A stretch of 64,000 bases of DNA from Armatimonadia bacterium. Lineage in GTDB: Bacteria > Armatimonadota > Zipacnadia > Zipacnadales > JABUFB01. Below are positions 1-9,928 of the stretch, piece after piece; position 1 is the stretch's first letter; each line of letters opens with the position of its first letter. The position numbers and the translations under genes are program-made. The notes under the pieces were generated by a model. The model was not told the DNA's origin. It did no database searches and saw nothing but the letters and a program-made list of their open reading frames with translations. Where the stretch lies: assembly GCA_039679385.1 (NCBI GenBank), contig JBDKVB010000168.1:334-64333 (forward strand). The letters run 5' to 3'.

Positions 1-446
1 GCGGTGCTGCGTTCCGGATCGTGCCGCTGTGCCCGGAGGCGGTTGAGGTGCAGGTGATCAAGGGGCAGACGACCCCGGTGGTGCAGGGATGGCTGCCGAC
101 GGGCGAGCACAACAAGCTGCGGCCGATCCCCACGGTTGCCTATCGATGGAAGGCCAAGGGGCGCAGCACCGTGGGATTCGTGATGATTCCGAAGGACGCA
201 GGAGCCGACTGGTCGGTGAAGCAGACCAAGGGTGAGACACTCGGAGACGGTGGACTGCGGGCGACGATGGTCCTGGCCGACGGGTCGCGAGACCTGCTCC
301 TGCGGCGTCCGGGTGGGAAGGCGGTTCAGGCTGAAGGGCCGCTGGACACCGATGCGACGCTGGCCGTAGTGCGACTTGGGGCGAAAGGGGAGACGCTGCG
401 GACCTTCCAGTCCGACGGCACCCGGCTGGAAGTACGACCACAGTAA
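1..446 (+). CDS. C-terminal fragment of a hypothetical protein (5' end lies upstream of the window)
   Basis: ORF is open from the window edge in frame with 21..446 and stops with TAA at 444-446. No recognisable domain motif. Confidence 0.4.
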   Translation, partial: GAAFRIVPLCPEAVEVQVIKGQTTPVVQGWLPTGEHNKLRPIPTVAYRWKAKGRSTVGFVMIPKDAGADWSVKQTKGETLGDGGLRATMVLADGSRDLLLRRPGGKAVQAEGPLDTDATLAVVRLGAKGETLRTFQSDGTRLEVRPQ

Positions 447-541
447 GCGAGACTGATTCGGCAGGTCAGGATGGCAAGGGAAAGCCGGGAGGCCTTGAGG
501 GCTTCCCGGCTTTGCTGTGACCTGTGGGGAACGGGGCCTTG

Positions 542-1678
542 CTACCAGGCGATGGGAGCGATCTCGACAGGCGTTCCACCGTTGCGCATGGAGTCCGCGC
601 CGGCGCAACCGGTGGCCACGCTCATGCGTCCCGCCTCCGGGGTTGCCAGTGGCTGCTTGCCCTCGAGGACCATGTCGAGGAAGTCCTCGCAGATGACGGG
701 ATCAGCGCCGCCATGGCCGCCGCGTGCCGGCTTGATGGTGTACTCGCGGTCAGCGAGGTCCTTCCAGGTGTGGGCGCGACGCATCTTCACCCAGACCTTC
801 ATCTCCGGCTCAGAGTTCTCGACCCGGCCCTCGGTGCCGATGATGGTGTAGTTGCGGTGGTAGTCGGGGGTGAAGTGGCACTGCAGGTACGAGGCCTTCA
901 TGCCGTTCTCGAGCTGCATCACCATCACGTTGCTGTCCTCGATGTCGACCTCCTGGCGGAAGCAGCACTGGTTCCGGCGGGTGTTGTCGAACTCCCAGCA
1001 GGTGTCGGCCTCCGGGCAGTCGGGGCAACGCAGGTCATTGGGCTTGTCGCCGCCGAAGAAGTCCAGAGAGCCAAAGGCGGCCACACGCTTGGTGTAGCTC
1101 CCGCATAGCCAGTGGGTCATGTCGATGTCGTGGCTACCCTTCTGAAGGAGCAGGCTGGTGCAGTTCTTCTTGGTGGCGTGCCAGTCGTGGTAGTAGAAGG
1201 TGCCACCGTGACCGACGAAGTGGCGTACCCAGCAAGCCTTCGGCTCGCCGATGGCCCCGGAGTCGATGATCTCCTTCATGGTGCGGAAGATGTTCATGTA
1301 GCGCATGTTGAAGCCGACCATGAGGTGCTTGCCGGAGGCCTTCCAGGTGCGCAGGATGCGGTCGCAGCCCTCGGTGGTGATGGCAAGAGGCTTCTCGCAG
1401 AAGACGTGCTTTCCGGCCTCAAGAGCGGCGCAGGCATGCTCCTCGTGCATGAAGTCGGGGGAAGTGACGGCGACGGCATCGACGTCATCACGCTCGAGCA
1501 GACGGCGGTAGTCGTCGGTGAGGAAGACCTGCTCTCCCATCCGCTGCTTGAAGTCTTCCAGGTATGCGGGCACTACGTCTGCGCCTGCGACGACGAGTGC
1601 GCGTTTGCTGTCGCGCCAGTGGTTTGCAATTCCTCCGCGCCCGGTAACGCCGATGACGCCGATTCGCAGCTTGTCCAT
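542..1678 (-). CDS. Gfo/Idh/MocA family NAD(P)-dependent oxidoreductase
   Basis: N-terminus MDKLRIGVIGVTGRGG is a Rossmann motif and EKP is typical of the family. Start moved to the ATG at 1678, preceded by GGGAGG; the longer ORF-track start lacks an RBS. Confidence 0.8.
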   Translation of the reverse strand: MDKLRIGVIGVTGRGGIANHWRDSKRALVVAGADVVPAYLEDFKQRMGEQVFLTDDYRRLLERDDVDAVAVTSPDFMHEEHACAALEAGKHVFCEKPLAITTEGCDRILRTWKASGKHLMVGFNMRYMNIFRTMKEIIDSGAIGEPKACWVRHFVGHGGTFYYHDWHATKKNCTSLLLQKGSHDIDMTHWLCGSYTKRVAAFGSLDFFGGDKPNDLRCPDCPEADTCWEFDNTRRNQCCFRQEVDIEDSNVMVMQLENGMKASYLQCHFTPDYHRNYTIIGTEGRVENSEPEMKVWVKMRRAHTWKDLADREYTIKPARGGHGGADPVICEDFLDMVLEGKQPLATPEAGRMSVATGCAGADSMRNGGTPVEIAPIAW

Positions 1679-1712
1679 GAGACAACCTCCCGTGGTTGGA
1701 TGAGACGACGAG

Positions 1713-2705
1713 TTAGGATGCAAGGCCTGGGCCGCGATAGCCGGGGCGGAACCCACATCCGAAGGGTTCGCCGAAGGGCCTCAGAGGGCACAGGTCTGCG
1801 ATCTGATCGAGACGCTCCAGCACGGTCTCCGGCAGAGGGCCGGCGGTGACCGCAGCTACGTTCTGTTCTACCTCCTGCACCGAGCGGGCCCCCATGAGGG
1901 TCGTGTGGACGTCGGGGTTTGAGATCACCCAGCGCAGGGCAAGGTCGGTGATGGGCATGTGCAGCTCGTCGAGGAAGTCGTAGAGGGCCAGGAACTGCGC
2001 ACGTCGCTGAGGGCTGAGCCAGGCCGGATTAGCGGCCACCTCTTCGTCGTAGCGCCGGGCGAGCCACCCCTGTTGTAGCGGCGAGCCGATGACGATGCCC
2101 ATTCGCTGCCGGTGCGCCTCGGGGATCAAGGCGACTTCGGCCTCGCGCCAGAGGAGGCTGTAGTTGAAGGCGGTGAGGACCACGTCGTACTGGCCGGTGG
2201 CACAGATGCGAGCCAGAAGGTAGGGTGTTGTGCCGCCGAGGCCGGTGAAGCGGACGAGGCCCTGAGCCTTGAGGTCTGCGATGAACTCCGTGACGGGCCC
2301 GGTGAAGCGCTCCCAGTCAGTCCACCAGTCGTACTGGCCGGGCCGGTCGGGTTCGTGGACCATGAGGATATCGACCTGATCGCGCTTGAGCAGCCGCAGG
2401 CTCTCGTCGAAAGAGCGCTTCAGGTGGTCAAGGTTGCGAGGCTCGAAGGGCTGCGGACGGCCACCGAGCTTGGTCGAGAGGAAGTAGGGAGCAGCTACGC
2501 CCTCCAGGGCCTCGCCGAGGACCTCTTCACTGTCGAGGTATCCCGGCGCGGTGTCGACGTAGTTCACGCCGAGCTCCAGGGCCCTGTGAACCGCCTGGCA
2601 GGCCCGGTGGCGATCATCGCCACCCGCTCTGGAGACGAAGAGCCCGCCCATTGAGAGCAGGCCCAGGGAGAGACCGGTACGTCCGAGGACACGTCTGGGT
2701 AACAT
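1713..2705 (-). CDS. aldo/keto reductase
   Basis: N-terminus RVLGRTGLSLGLLSMG plus VNYVDTAPGY and LDSEEVLGEAL are AKR motifs. The C-terminal region fits an AKR TIM barrel. Confidence 0.85.
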   Translation of the reverse strand: MLPRRVLGRTGLSLGLLSMGGLFVSRAGGDDRHRACQAVHRALELGVNYVDTAPGYLDSEEVLGEALEGVAAPYFLSTKLGGRPQPFEPRNLDHLKRSFDESLRLLKRDQVDILMVHEPDRPGQYDWWTDWERFTGPVTEFIADLKAQGLVRFTGLGGTTPYLLARICATGQYDVVLTAFNYSLLWREAEVALIPEAHRQRMGIVIGSPLQQGWLARRYDEEVAANPAWLSPQRRAQFLALYDFLDELHMPITDLALRWVISNPDVHTTLMGARSVQEVEQNVAAVTAGPLPETVLERLDQIADLCPLRPFGEPFGCGFRPGYRGPGLAS

Positions 2706-2965
2706 AGGATTGTCACACCTTCGGTTCGGACAGGCTCAGTGGGTTGCGGCGAAGGCAAAGCCGGTGCTATCATTACAAGATGGCCGAGCGGTTGCCGCTG
2801 CTCCTCTTGGGCACCGAAGGGGAAGCCGCGTGCCCAACGGGCCAAGTTTAGCACCCGCTTAAGGGTCGGGCAACCGCTTTGCGGAACCAACTGGAGAGCG
2901 ACGGGGTTGAGAGGAACTAGAGAGGCAGCAAGGTCCTTCGTTCGCCTGGCTGAAGGGGGCTAGAG

Positions 2966-3229
2966 ATGAGCAAGGTACGCTTTGAGGTGAGCTTGCCCGA
3001 GGTGCGCAAGGTCTACATCGCGGGCGATTTCAACGACTGGGATGCCACGGCGCGGCAGATGAAACGGGTGCGCAAGGGAGAGGACCTCTTCGTGGCGGTG
3101 CTGGACCTGGAGCCGGGGGTCTACGAGTACAAGTATGTGGCGGACGACGTCTGGAGGTGCTGCCCGACGTCGCCGCGGGTGCCCAACAATCAGGGGACGG
3201 AGAACTCGGTGGTTGAGGTGCCGGAGTAG
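2966..3229 (+). CDS. small stand-alone glycogen-binding (CBM48/AMPK-beta GBD-like) domain protein
   Basis: 87 aa. The motif VYIAGDFNDWD...YEYKYVADDVW is typical of CBM48/isoamylase N-terminal domains. Confidence 0.55.
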   Translation: MSKVRFEVSLPEVRKVYIAGDFNDWDATARQMKRVRKGEDLFVAVLDLEPGVYEYKYVADDVWRCCPTSPRVPNNQGTENSVVEVPE

Positions 3230-3515
3230 CGGGGTGCCTCGCCGAGGTACGGCCCAAATCAGGCCCACAAGGTTGACGCTTTCGCCCGAAGGTTTGCCTT
3301 ACTGCCTGATAGCCGGGGGATGGAGGCCGGGCGGACCGCACTGTCTGTCCGTGGGAAGGGCTCTGGGCGTTGACAAGAGAAGACTGGAACAGGCAAACTG
3401 GGGGTCAAGGCAGCCTGTCACCTCTGGGAACCGACAGCGTTTCCGGAGCGTTACCCCGTGCGGCATATGCTGCGTAGGCGTCGTCGTGTTCGCGCTTCCG
3501 TGACCTGGGAGGTGC

Positions 3516-4448
3516 TTGAAGATAGCACTCGCCATCGAGACCAACGAACTGACGAAGACGTACGGAGTCGATTCCGACGGCAAGGCGGTCGGTCTGCTCG
3601 GGCTTTCGCTTAAGGTGGAGGAAGGGCAGATCTACGGGCTTGTCGGCCCCAATGGATCGGGCAAGACCACCACGCTGAAGCTCCTGCTTGGCTTGATCTT
3701 CCCGACGTCAGGCAGCGCCAGCGTCCTGGGAATGCCTGTTGGTTCCATGGAGTACAAGGAGCGGATCGGGTTCGTCCCTGAGGGTCCGTACTTCTATGAC
3801 CACCTGAACGCCGTGGAGCTGCTGGAGTTCTACGGCGGTCTCTTCGGTCTGCATGGGAAGGCGCTGGAGGGCCGTATCCAGGAGTTGCTGGAGCTCGTGG
3901 GGATGTGGACGCGGCGCGATATCCGTGTTCGCAACTACTCCCGCGGAATGCTGCAGCGCATTGGCCTGGCCCAGGCTCTGCTGAATGACCCCGACCTGAT
4001 CTTCATGGACGAGCCGACGGCGGGCCTCGATCCACCGGCGCAGATGCAGATTCGGGACATCATCCTGACGCTCCGCCAGCGGAGCAAGACGGTGTTTCTG
4101 TGCTCGCACCTGCTCAAGGAGATGGAGCCGCTGTGCGACAACATCTGCATCCTGAACCGCGGCAAGCTGGTGAGCTCGGGCAGCATGGAAGAGGTGCTCT
4201 CAAGCCAGGGCTCGCTGTTCCGGCTGGAAGCCGAGCACGTGTCGGGAGAGGTGGAGAGTCAGCTCAAGGCCACGGCTACGCACCTGGTCAACAGCGGTGG
4301 GTTGCTGGAGGCTAAGTTCCCGGATCAGAAGGCGGCGGTAGAGGCTGCACAGCTCTTGACTAACGCAGGTCTGACCGTGACTCACATCGGCCCCGACCGC
4401 AGGACCCTCGAGGAAGTCTTCATCGAGGCCGTCAAAGGAGAACAGTAG
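3516..4448 (+). CDS. ABC transporter ATP-binding protein
   Basis: Walker A GPNGSGKTT, ABC signature YSRGMLQRIGLAQAL and Walker B LIFMDEPTAGLD. TTG start with GGGAGGTG 4 nt upstream. Confidence 0.9.
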   Translation: MKIALAIETNELTKTYGVDSDGKAVGLLGLSLKVEEGQIYGLVGPNGSGKTTTLKLLLGLIFPTSGSASVLGMPVGSMEYKERIGFVPEGPYFYDHLNAVELLEFYGGLFGLHGKALEGRIQELLELVGMWTRRDIRVRNYSRGMLQRIGLAQALLNDPDLIFMDEPTAGLDPPAQMQIRDIILTLRQRSKTVFLCSHLLKEMEPLCDNICILNRGKLVSSGSMEEVLSSQGSLFRLEAEHVSGEVESQLKATATHLVNSGGLLEAKFPDQKAAVEAAQLLTNAGLTVTHIGPDRRTLEEVFIEAVKGEQ

Positions 4449-4450
4449 GC

Positions 4451-5458
4451 ATGGCACGTCGCAACCTGCTGTCTGATTTCAAGTGGCTCCTGTTGCTGGG
4501 AGTCGTCGGCCTGCTGATAACGCTGGCCTTTGCGGAGACACAGTCCCAGGTCGTAGTGGCGACGTGGATCGTGCTGGGTCTGGGGATGGTGGTGGCGATT
4601 GCGGTCAACTTCCCGACGCGGTTCTTCAGCAAGCTGATGCCGCCGGTGTGGCGCGTCGCGCGAGCCACTTTTCACGAGTCCTGGCGTCGCCGGTTCCTCA
4701 ACAGCATTCTGGTCTTCGCGCTCCTGATCATCCTATCGTCGTGGACCCTGGCGTATCTGTCGCCGGGTGCTGAGCTGAAGATGCTCATCGACATCGGCCT
4801 AGGCGCCTGCCGGTTCTTCGGCCTGCTCATCGCCGTGTTCCTCGGTACGCGTCTGATCGCCGACGAGATGGAGCGGCGGACGATCTACACCTTGCTGGCG
4901 AAGCCTGTGACGCGGTCCCAGTTCCTGTTCGGCAAGTTCCTCGGCGGCTACGCCACTGTATTCGCCAACGTCGCGGTAATGGGCCTTGCTTTCTACATCG
5001 TGTTCCTCATCAAGGCGCCACAGTTCCATAAGCTCAGTTCCGAGACGCTGGACACGACGTTGCACATGGAGTTCATGTACGGCAACATCGTCAAGGCCAT
5101 CGGTCTGATTCTGGTGGAGCAGATGGTACTGGTGGCGCTGGCGGTCACGGCGTCGACAGTCTTCTCGTGGATCCTGGCCTCGATCTTCTCGTTCTTCGTG
5201 TACTTCGTGGGACAGATGAGCGACTTTTTCCGCCAGTTGTCGGACCCGGGGCAGGGAGCGAGCAAGGCTGCGCAGATACTGTTAGGGACCATCTACCGCG
5301 TCCTGCCGCACTTTGAGATCTTCGACATCCGCGAGAAGATCCTCAAGGACGAGCTGGTGCCCTGGGACACCCTAACCAAGCACGGCCTGCAGGGGCTGCT
5401 GTATGTTGTGATCATTCTGCTCATTGGTTACCTGTTCTTCAACGAGCGCGAGGTCTAG
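4451..5458 (+). CDS. ABC-2 type transporter permease
   Basis: Starts 3 nt after the ATPase gene. Translation is hydrophobic with about 6-8 predicted TM segments. Confidence 0.75.
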   Translation: MARRNLLSDFKWLLLLGVVGLLITLAFAETQSQVVVATWIVLGLGMVVAIAVNFPTRFFSKLMPPVWRVARATFHESWRRRFLNSILVFALLIILSSWTLAYLSPGAELKMLIDIGLGACRFFGLLIAVFLGTRLIADEMERRTIYTLLAKPVTRSQFLFGKFLGGYATVFANVAVMGLAFYIVFLIKAPQFHKLSSETLDTTLHMEFMYGNIVKAIGLILVEQMVLVALAVTASTVFSWILASIFSFFVYFVGQMSDFFRQLSDPGQGASKAAQILLGTIYRVLPHFEIFDIREKILKDELVPWDTLTKHGLQGLLYVVIILLIGYLFFNEREV

Positions 5459-5565
5459 AAGGCCGGTGGGGTACCGTCCAGGGGGACGGCTGAGGCACAG
5501 GAGAAGGCCTGGTGTAGGTTCGTCATCAACACGAGGACACCGGGGCAACCCATGAGGCATAAGCT

Positions 5566-6588
5566 ATGAAGATGCGCACATCCCAGAAGGTGATCGGCTG
5601 GCTGGCGGTGGTCATGCTGGTCGTGATGCTGCAGCCGCTGAGCGATAGCGTCTACTACGACCGGCTCATCATGGGGCTGCGCCGGCCGACACCTTTGACC
5701 AAGATCGTTGAGTTCGACCCGACTGCGATCACCGGGGTCATTGCGGGGGCCATCCTCGGCGGCTTCCGGGAGATCGCTGCTTCGATGCTCTGGATGAAGA
5801 CGCATGAGATGTGGGACAGTGGCGAGTCGGCGGGGATCAAGGCCCTGAGCCTGATGCGAAGCGTTACGCTTCTTGATCCGCACTGGCTGGAGCCCTGGAA
5901 GGTAACCGGCTGGCACCTGTGCTACAACCTGTATGTTGAGACGAAGGATGAGAAGCAGAAGGCGGAGTATCTGCGGCTGGGCGTGAACGTGCTCAAAGAG
6001 GGGATCTCGTGGAACCCCAATCTGTACGATCTGTACTTTGAGCTGGGCTGGACCTACTTCGACAAGATTCGCGACTACCCGCAGGCTGCAAAGTGGCTGG
6101 GAGCGGCCATCCAGTTCGAGCATCCGGAGTACATCGAGCGCCTGATCGCGCACGGCTGGGAACGGCTGCCGGACATGCCGAAGGCCCTGGACTGGTACGA
6201 TTTCTGCATCAAGCGCGACCCCAGTGACGGAACGGCCTATGGTGCGACGCTGACCATTCGCGAGCGCTACCTGCACGCCTGGCGCAAGATGGAGCAGGGC
6301 CAGTACGACGCGGCCATCGATGAGATCAATCAGGTCATCGCCATCCAGCCGAACAACATCCTGGCGATCCACATGAAGGCGCACATCTACGAGCGGGCCC
6401 TGCGGTACCGGGATGCCATGGCGACGTGGCAAGTGGCGGCGAACCTGTCGAAGCTCGACTTCCATGCCCGGGCACGGGTGGCGGAGATGGCACGGAAGCT
6501 CGACCTACCGGTGCCCGAGGAAGCCTCGGACATCTTCATGCAGCGCCAGAGCAGGGGACCGTCCGTACCGGCGCCGCAGGACTTCTGA
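5566..6588 (+). CDS. membrane-anchored TPR-like repeat protein, hypothetical
   Basis: N-terminal TM segment VIGWLAVVMLVVML is followed by helical repeat-like sequence. Lies downstream of the ABC-2 pair and may be an accessory component. Confidence 0.5.
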   Translation: MKMRTSQKVIGWLAVVMLVVMLQPLSDSVYYDRLIMGLRRPTPLTKIVEFDPTAITGVIAGAILGGFREIAASMLWMKTHEMWDSGESAGIKALSLMRSVTLLDPHWLEPWKVTGWHLCYNLYVETKDEKQKAEYLRLGVNVLKEGISWNPNLYDLYFELGWTYFDKIRDYPQAAKWLGAAIQFEHPEYIERLIAHGWERLPDMPKALDWYDFCIKRDPSDGTAYGATLTIRERYLHAWRKMEQGQYDAAIDEINQVIAIQPNNILAIHMKAHIYERALRYRDAMATWQVAANLSKLDFHARARVAEMARKLDLPVPEEASDIFMQRQSRGPSVPAPQDF

Positions 6589-6622
6589 GTCCAGGCTACT
6601 GCGAAGCGACTGACGAGACACA

Positions 6623-6686
6623 GCCGCCGGGGAAGGGAAGCTCTCCTGAGAGAGGAGCAGCGACCGAGATCCCCGGCGGTTTTTGT
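6623..6686 (+). terminator. Rho-independent terminator after the TPR-like gene
   Basis: Stem GCCGCCGGGGA / TCCCCGGCGG with an internal hairpin in the loop, followed by TTTTTGTG. Confidence 0.5.
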
Positions 6687-6707
6687 GTTACCTCCTCGAT
6701 GCCTTCC

Positions 6708-8576
6708 TCACTCAAACTCGGCCCTGTGCCAGTCGTCCATGTCCATGGGGCGCAGGTTGTCGAGACGCAAATTCGGGTCGTCCTGCATCCAACGGTTGAG
6801 GTCGGAGACATTCCCGAGCATCCTCGCGCGCCCTGTGGTGTCGTCGATGGTCGGGGATTCGTCGCGCATGTAGGCCGACCACTTGCGGGAGTTGATGTCT
6901 TCGGACTCGTTGCGGTTGCGGATCACCTCGTCGATGATGTCCGAGACCGAGGTGTCCGCGTAGCTTCCGCTACGTGTGCTGACGGTCTGTCTGCGCAGGA
7001 CCTGTCGAGACTGGACGATGGCAGCGAGAAGGTCAGCCACCTGGTCGAACTTGTCTGCGGGCGCGGCCGAGATGCTGGCGTAGAAGAGCCAACTGCCCAT
7101 GCCCGGTATGCTGCCCGCGAAGACGAGTGCACGCATGGGGCCCCAGTTGCGGGTCGGGCTGACCTCGTTCCAGGTCATGTCCAGGGCGGCCCAGTTGGGT
7201 CCCTGGGGCAGAGGCTGGACGGAGTTCACTCGGAGGTCGGTGAGGCTGCCACCGCTGATGCGCACCATGTGGCTGAGGCATAGCGGTGTGGCCTTGTCCG
7301 GCGGAAGGTAAGGCGAGGCGAGAACCTGCGGAGGCAGAGGGACACCTGCGGGTAGCATGGCCGAAGTCGGATCGACCACGCTCAAGGGGATGCCACAGGC
7401 GACGTAGCCCTCAGGTCCCGAGGCGACGATCATCCCGTCGGTGCCGGTGACGGTCCATCCAGGCGGGACGGAGATCACGACGGAGCCATCCTGATTCATC
7501 TTCGGTGTGAGGTTGAAGCGGGCCGGGTCGAGGCGCTCCGGCGCGGGTTGTCTGGTAGTGGTGCCGGTTGTGGTCGGCTGCCCGGTCGTCGTGGTGGCTG
7601 TAGGTGTCGTCGCCGCGGGTGCGGCAGTTCGGGACTGTATGAGCTTGTTGAGAAGCTGCTTGACCTGGCCCTCCTTGGCCGCGTACTGGTCAGCCGGGGC
7701 ACAGATATGAGCCAGCAAGGCATCCTCCTCAGCGACCGCGACCATCACCTCGCCGCGCAGACTGATGCCTTCCACGTCTCGGTGATAGGTCATGTGAGCC
7801 ATGGTGTCCTGCGGGTCGGCCTCGACGCTCTCGGGGAGTACACTCTGGGCCAGCGGGGCGTAGAAGGCCTGCTGAAGGACCGCCTGGGAGCCACGGCTCT
7901 CACGTGGCAGCAGGCAGAGCTCGCCCAGCGCGCCGGGTTGCTGCTGCTCGAACACCTGAACTGCGCGGCCGTCGTCAGTGGAGCGCATCAGCCAGCCCTC
8001 GGGGAGATCACCACGGACCCCGGCCGCCTGATTGGGCGGCGCGGAGCATGACAGTGCTTTGGTCGCACCGCGTGGCGGACCGATGGAGAGGAGAGCTGTG
8101 CGTGCGAAGCCCATCGTCTCCGGTGATACCTCTCCGATGACCGCAACGAGGTGCCAGGCGTTGCCGGCAGGGAAGACCGTGGCGATGCCCAGCACGGCCT
8201 TGCCGTCGGGGTCATCGAAGGTGACGGCCAGCCCCTGGCAGTCCTGGTCGAGCACCCGCAACTCCATCTCCATGAAGTCGCGGGGATTTGGGAAGTTCTC
8301 AGGGTCACCCTTGATCTCGGCAGTCAGTTGCTCGGCTACCGGCTTGGTAGGATCGATCTCGGCTGGAACGAAGAGGATCGCCGAGGCGCCGGGCAGCGCT
8401 CCTTGCTGCGGCACAATCACCAGGCACTTCGGCTCGGGCTCCTGAGCCGTCCACGTACCCTCCAGTTCGATGGAGAACGCCCCTCCAGGGCCCTTGAACA
8501 CGTCGGCACTCCCTTGTCCGTACAAACCACAGAGCAGTGCGAACCCCAGGACCACTACCGTCCACCCTTTGCGCAC
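6708..8576 (-). CDS. secreted hypothetical protein with Thr/Pro-rich linker
   Basis: GTG start at 8576 with AAAGGAGG 8 nt upstream. Signal peptide KGWTVVVLGFALLCGLYGQG and linker AAPAATTPTATTTTGQPTTTGTTT. The longer ORF-track N-terminus is Pro-rich, has no RBS and overlaps recO. Confidence 0.55.
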   Translation of the reverse strand: MRKGWTVVVLGFALLCGLYGQGSADVFKGPGGAFSIELEGTWTAQEPEPKCLVIVPQQGALPGASAILFVPAEIDPTKPVAEQLTAEIKGDPENFPNPRDFMEMELRVLDQDCQGLAVTFDDPDGKAVLGIATVFPAGNAWHLVAVIGEVSPETMGFARTALLSIGPPRGATKALSCSAPPNQAAGVRGDLPEGWLMRSTDDGRAVQVFEQQQPGALGELCLLPRESRGSQAVLQQAFYAPLAQSVLPESVEADPQDTMAHMTYHRDVEGISLRGEVMVAVAEEDALLAHICAPADQYAAKEGQVKQLLNKLIQSRTAAPAATTPTATTTTGQPTTTGTTTRQPAPERLDPARFNLTPKMNQDGSVVISVPPGWTVTGTDGMIVASGPEGYVACGIPLSVVDPTSAMLPAGVPLPPQVLASPYLPPDKATPLCLSHMVRISGGSLTDLRVNSVQPLPQGPNWAALDMTWNEVSPTRNWGPMRALVFAGSIPGMGSWLFYASISAAPADKFDQVADLLAAIVQSRQVLRRQTVSTRSGSYADTSVSDIIDEVIRNRNESEDINSRKWSAYMRDESPTIDDTTGRARMLGNVSDLNRWMQDDPNLRLDNLRPMDMDDWHRAEFE

Positions 8577-8779
8577 AGCGACCGCCTCCTTTGGCAGACC
8601 TTCCCCCCCCGTCGCGTGTTGCGGCTCTTGTGGTGGCCAACCGCCACCCCGTCCCCAGGGTTCTTCGACGTCAGGGCACCAGTCACCCTCCGTGGTTTGC
8701 GGCGATTGTGCCGGAAACGAGAACGGAAAGGCCCCGGCCAGCGGGAAGCTGCCGGGGCCTGGTGAGGGGACAGCGGGCG

Positions 8780-9581
8780 TCAAGGGATCGTGCCGTTGCC
8801 GTTGTCGGAGCGGGAAGCCCTGGCCTCGGCACGTCCCATCTTCTCGAGGAAGGTCTCGCTCTTGAGGTCGACTCCCAGGTGATAGCGGATGTGGCGACGC
8901 AGGAGGCGGCGGACCTCGCCCAGCGTTCCGGGGGAGAGTCTGAGACGGTCAAGCCTGGCCGGTTTCAGCGACTGCATCGTCTTCATGGCAGCCCGAGACT
9001 GGGCGGAAACCTCGACGCCTCCGGGGGCAGGACCTGCGCAGTCCCGGCAGACACAACCTCCGAGGGGCGCCAGATAGGAGGAGGTGCCCTGGAGTTCGTT
9101 GCCGCAGCCTACGCAGCAGTCGACGACGGCTCCGATTCCGCTCAGGCACAGGTAGCGCAGGGCGAAGGCCCAGGTCACCAGCTCCGGCTGATGGCAGTCG
9201 ACGAGGGCGGACAAGGTAGCCTGGAGGAGATCGAAGGCCTCCGGCTCCGGGCGGCCTGGTTCAGTGGTCTGAAGGACCAACTCCGCTGCGTAGGAGGCCA
9301 GGGCAAGCCGGTGCAGGTCTGTGCGGAGCGGGTAGTAGGCCTCGACTACCTCGCACTGGGTCAGGCGGTCGAGGTTGCGGCCCTCGGAGAGCTGGAGACG
9401 GGAGAGGGTGAAAGGCTCGACGGCCGGCGCCAGTTTGCTCCCAGGCTTGCCAACACCACTGACGGCCGCCTCGACCTTGCCCCGCTCGCGGGTGAGGAAG
9501 GTTGCGATGCGCTCGGTCCCCTTGTACTTGCGGGCCAGGAGAGTGATGCCGGTTGCGGTGTAGGAAGGCATGGGTGGTGGA
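8780..9581 (-). CDS. recO: DNA repair protein RecO
   Basis: N-terminus MPSYTATGITLLARKYKGTERIATFLTRERGKV is the RecO OB fold. C-terminal zinc finger CCVGCG...CVCRDC. The ORF-track extension to 9904 runs through an intergenic repeat and is rejected. Confidence 0.8.
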
Positions 9582-9653
9582 AGCGCAGACGGGAGCTGGA
9601 GTGGTGTCGCCCTTCCATGATACGCGACGCGCGAAGGCTTCGCAACCGGGGAA

Positions 9654-9785
9654 AGGGAACGGCACCTCACGCCCTGCCTCATCTCCGCGTACGGCAACGG
9701 CACCTCACACCCTGCCTCATCTCCACGCAGTGGCGAGGGGGAAAGGCAACGGCGAAAGGCAAGGGCAGGGCACCTCACGCCAGAA
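9654..9785. repeat. intergenic repeat, locus 1 (tandem units with core AACGGCACCTCACNCCCTGCCTC)
   Basis: Core at 9658-9670 and 9696-9708, plus a partial third copy at 9768-9781. Followed by a low-complexity aaaggcaa/gggc tail. Homologous to 15892-16110. Confidence 0.55.
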
Positions 9786-9928
9786 GAGGCGGTGGGTGTC
9801 GACCAAGGGCTAGTCGTCGCCCTCAGTTCTGACGTCCCCAGCCCTGCCGCCCCCAACCTTGCCGCCCCCAATCTCGACGGCCTGGGTTCCGGTGCGCTCG
9901 CCAAGAGTGAGTCAGTACCGGGGTGCGG

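Noticed and set aside
3230-3515. Possible riboswitch in the 285-bp leader of the ABC transporter
   Set aside because: No consensus elements recognisable by eye. Left as something to scan with Rfam rather than a claim.
9582-9904. N-terminal extension of the RecO ORF (track start 9904)
   Set aside because: The extension runs through the intergenic repeat. RecO homology begins at MPSYTATG (9581).
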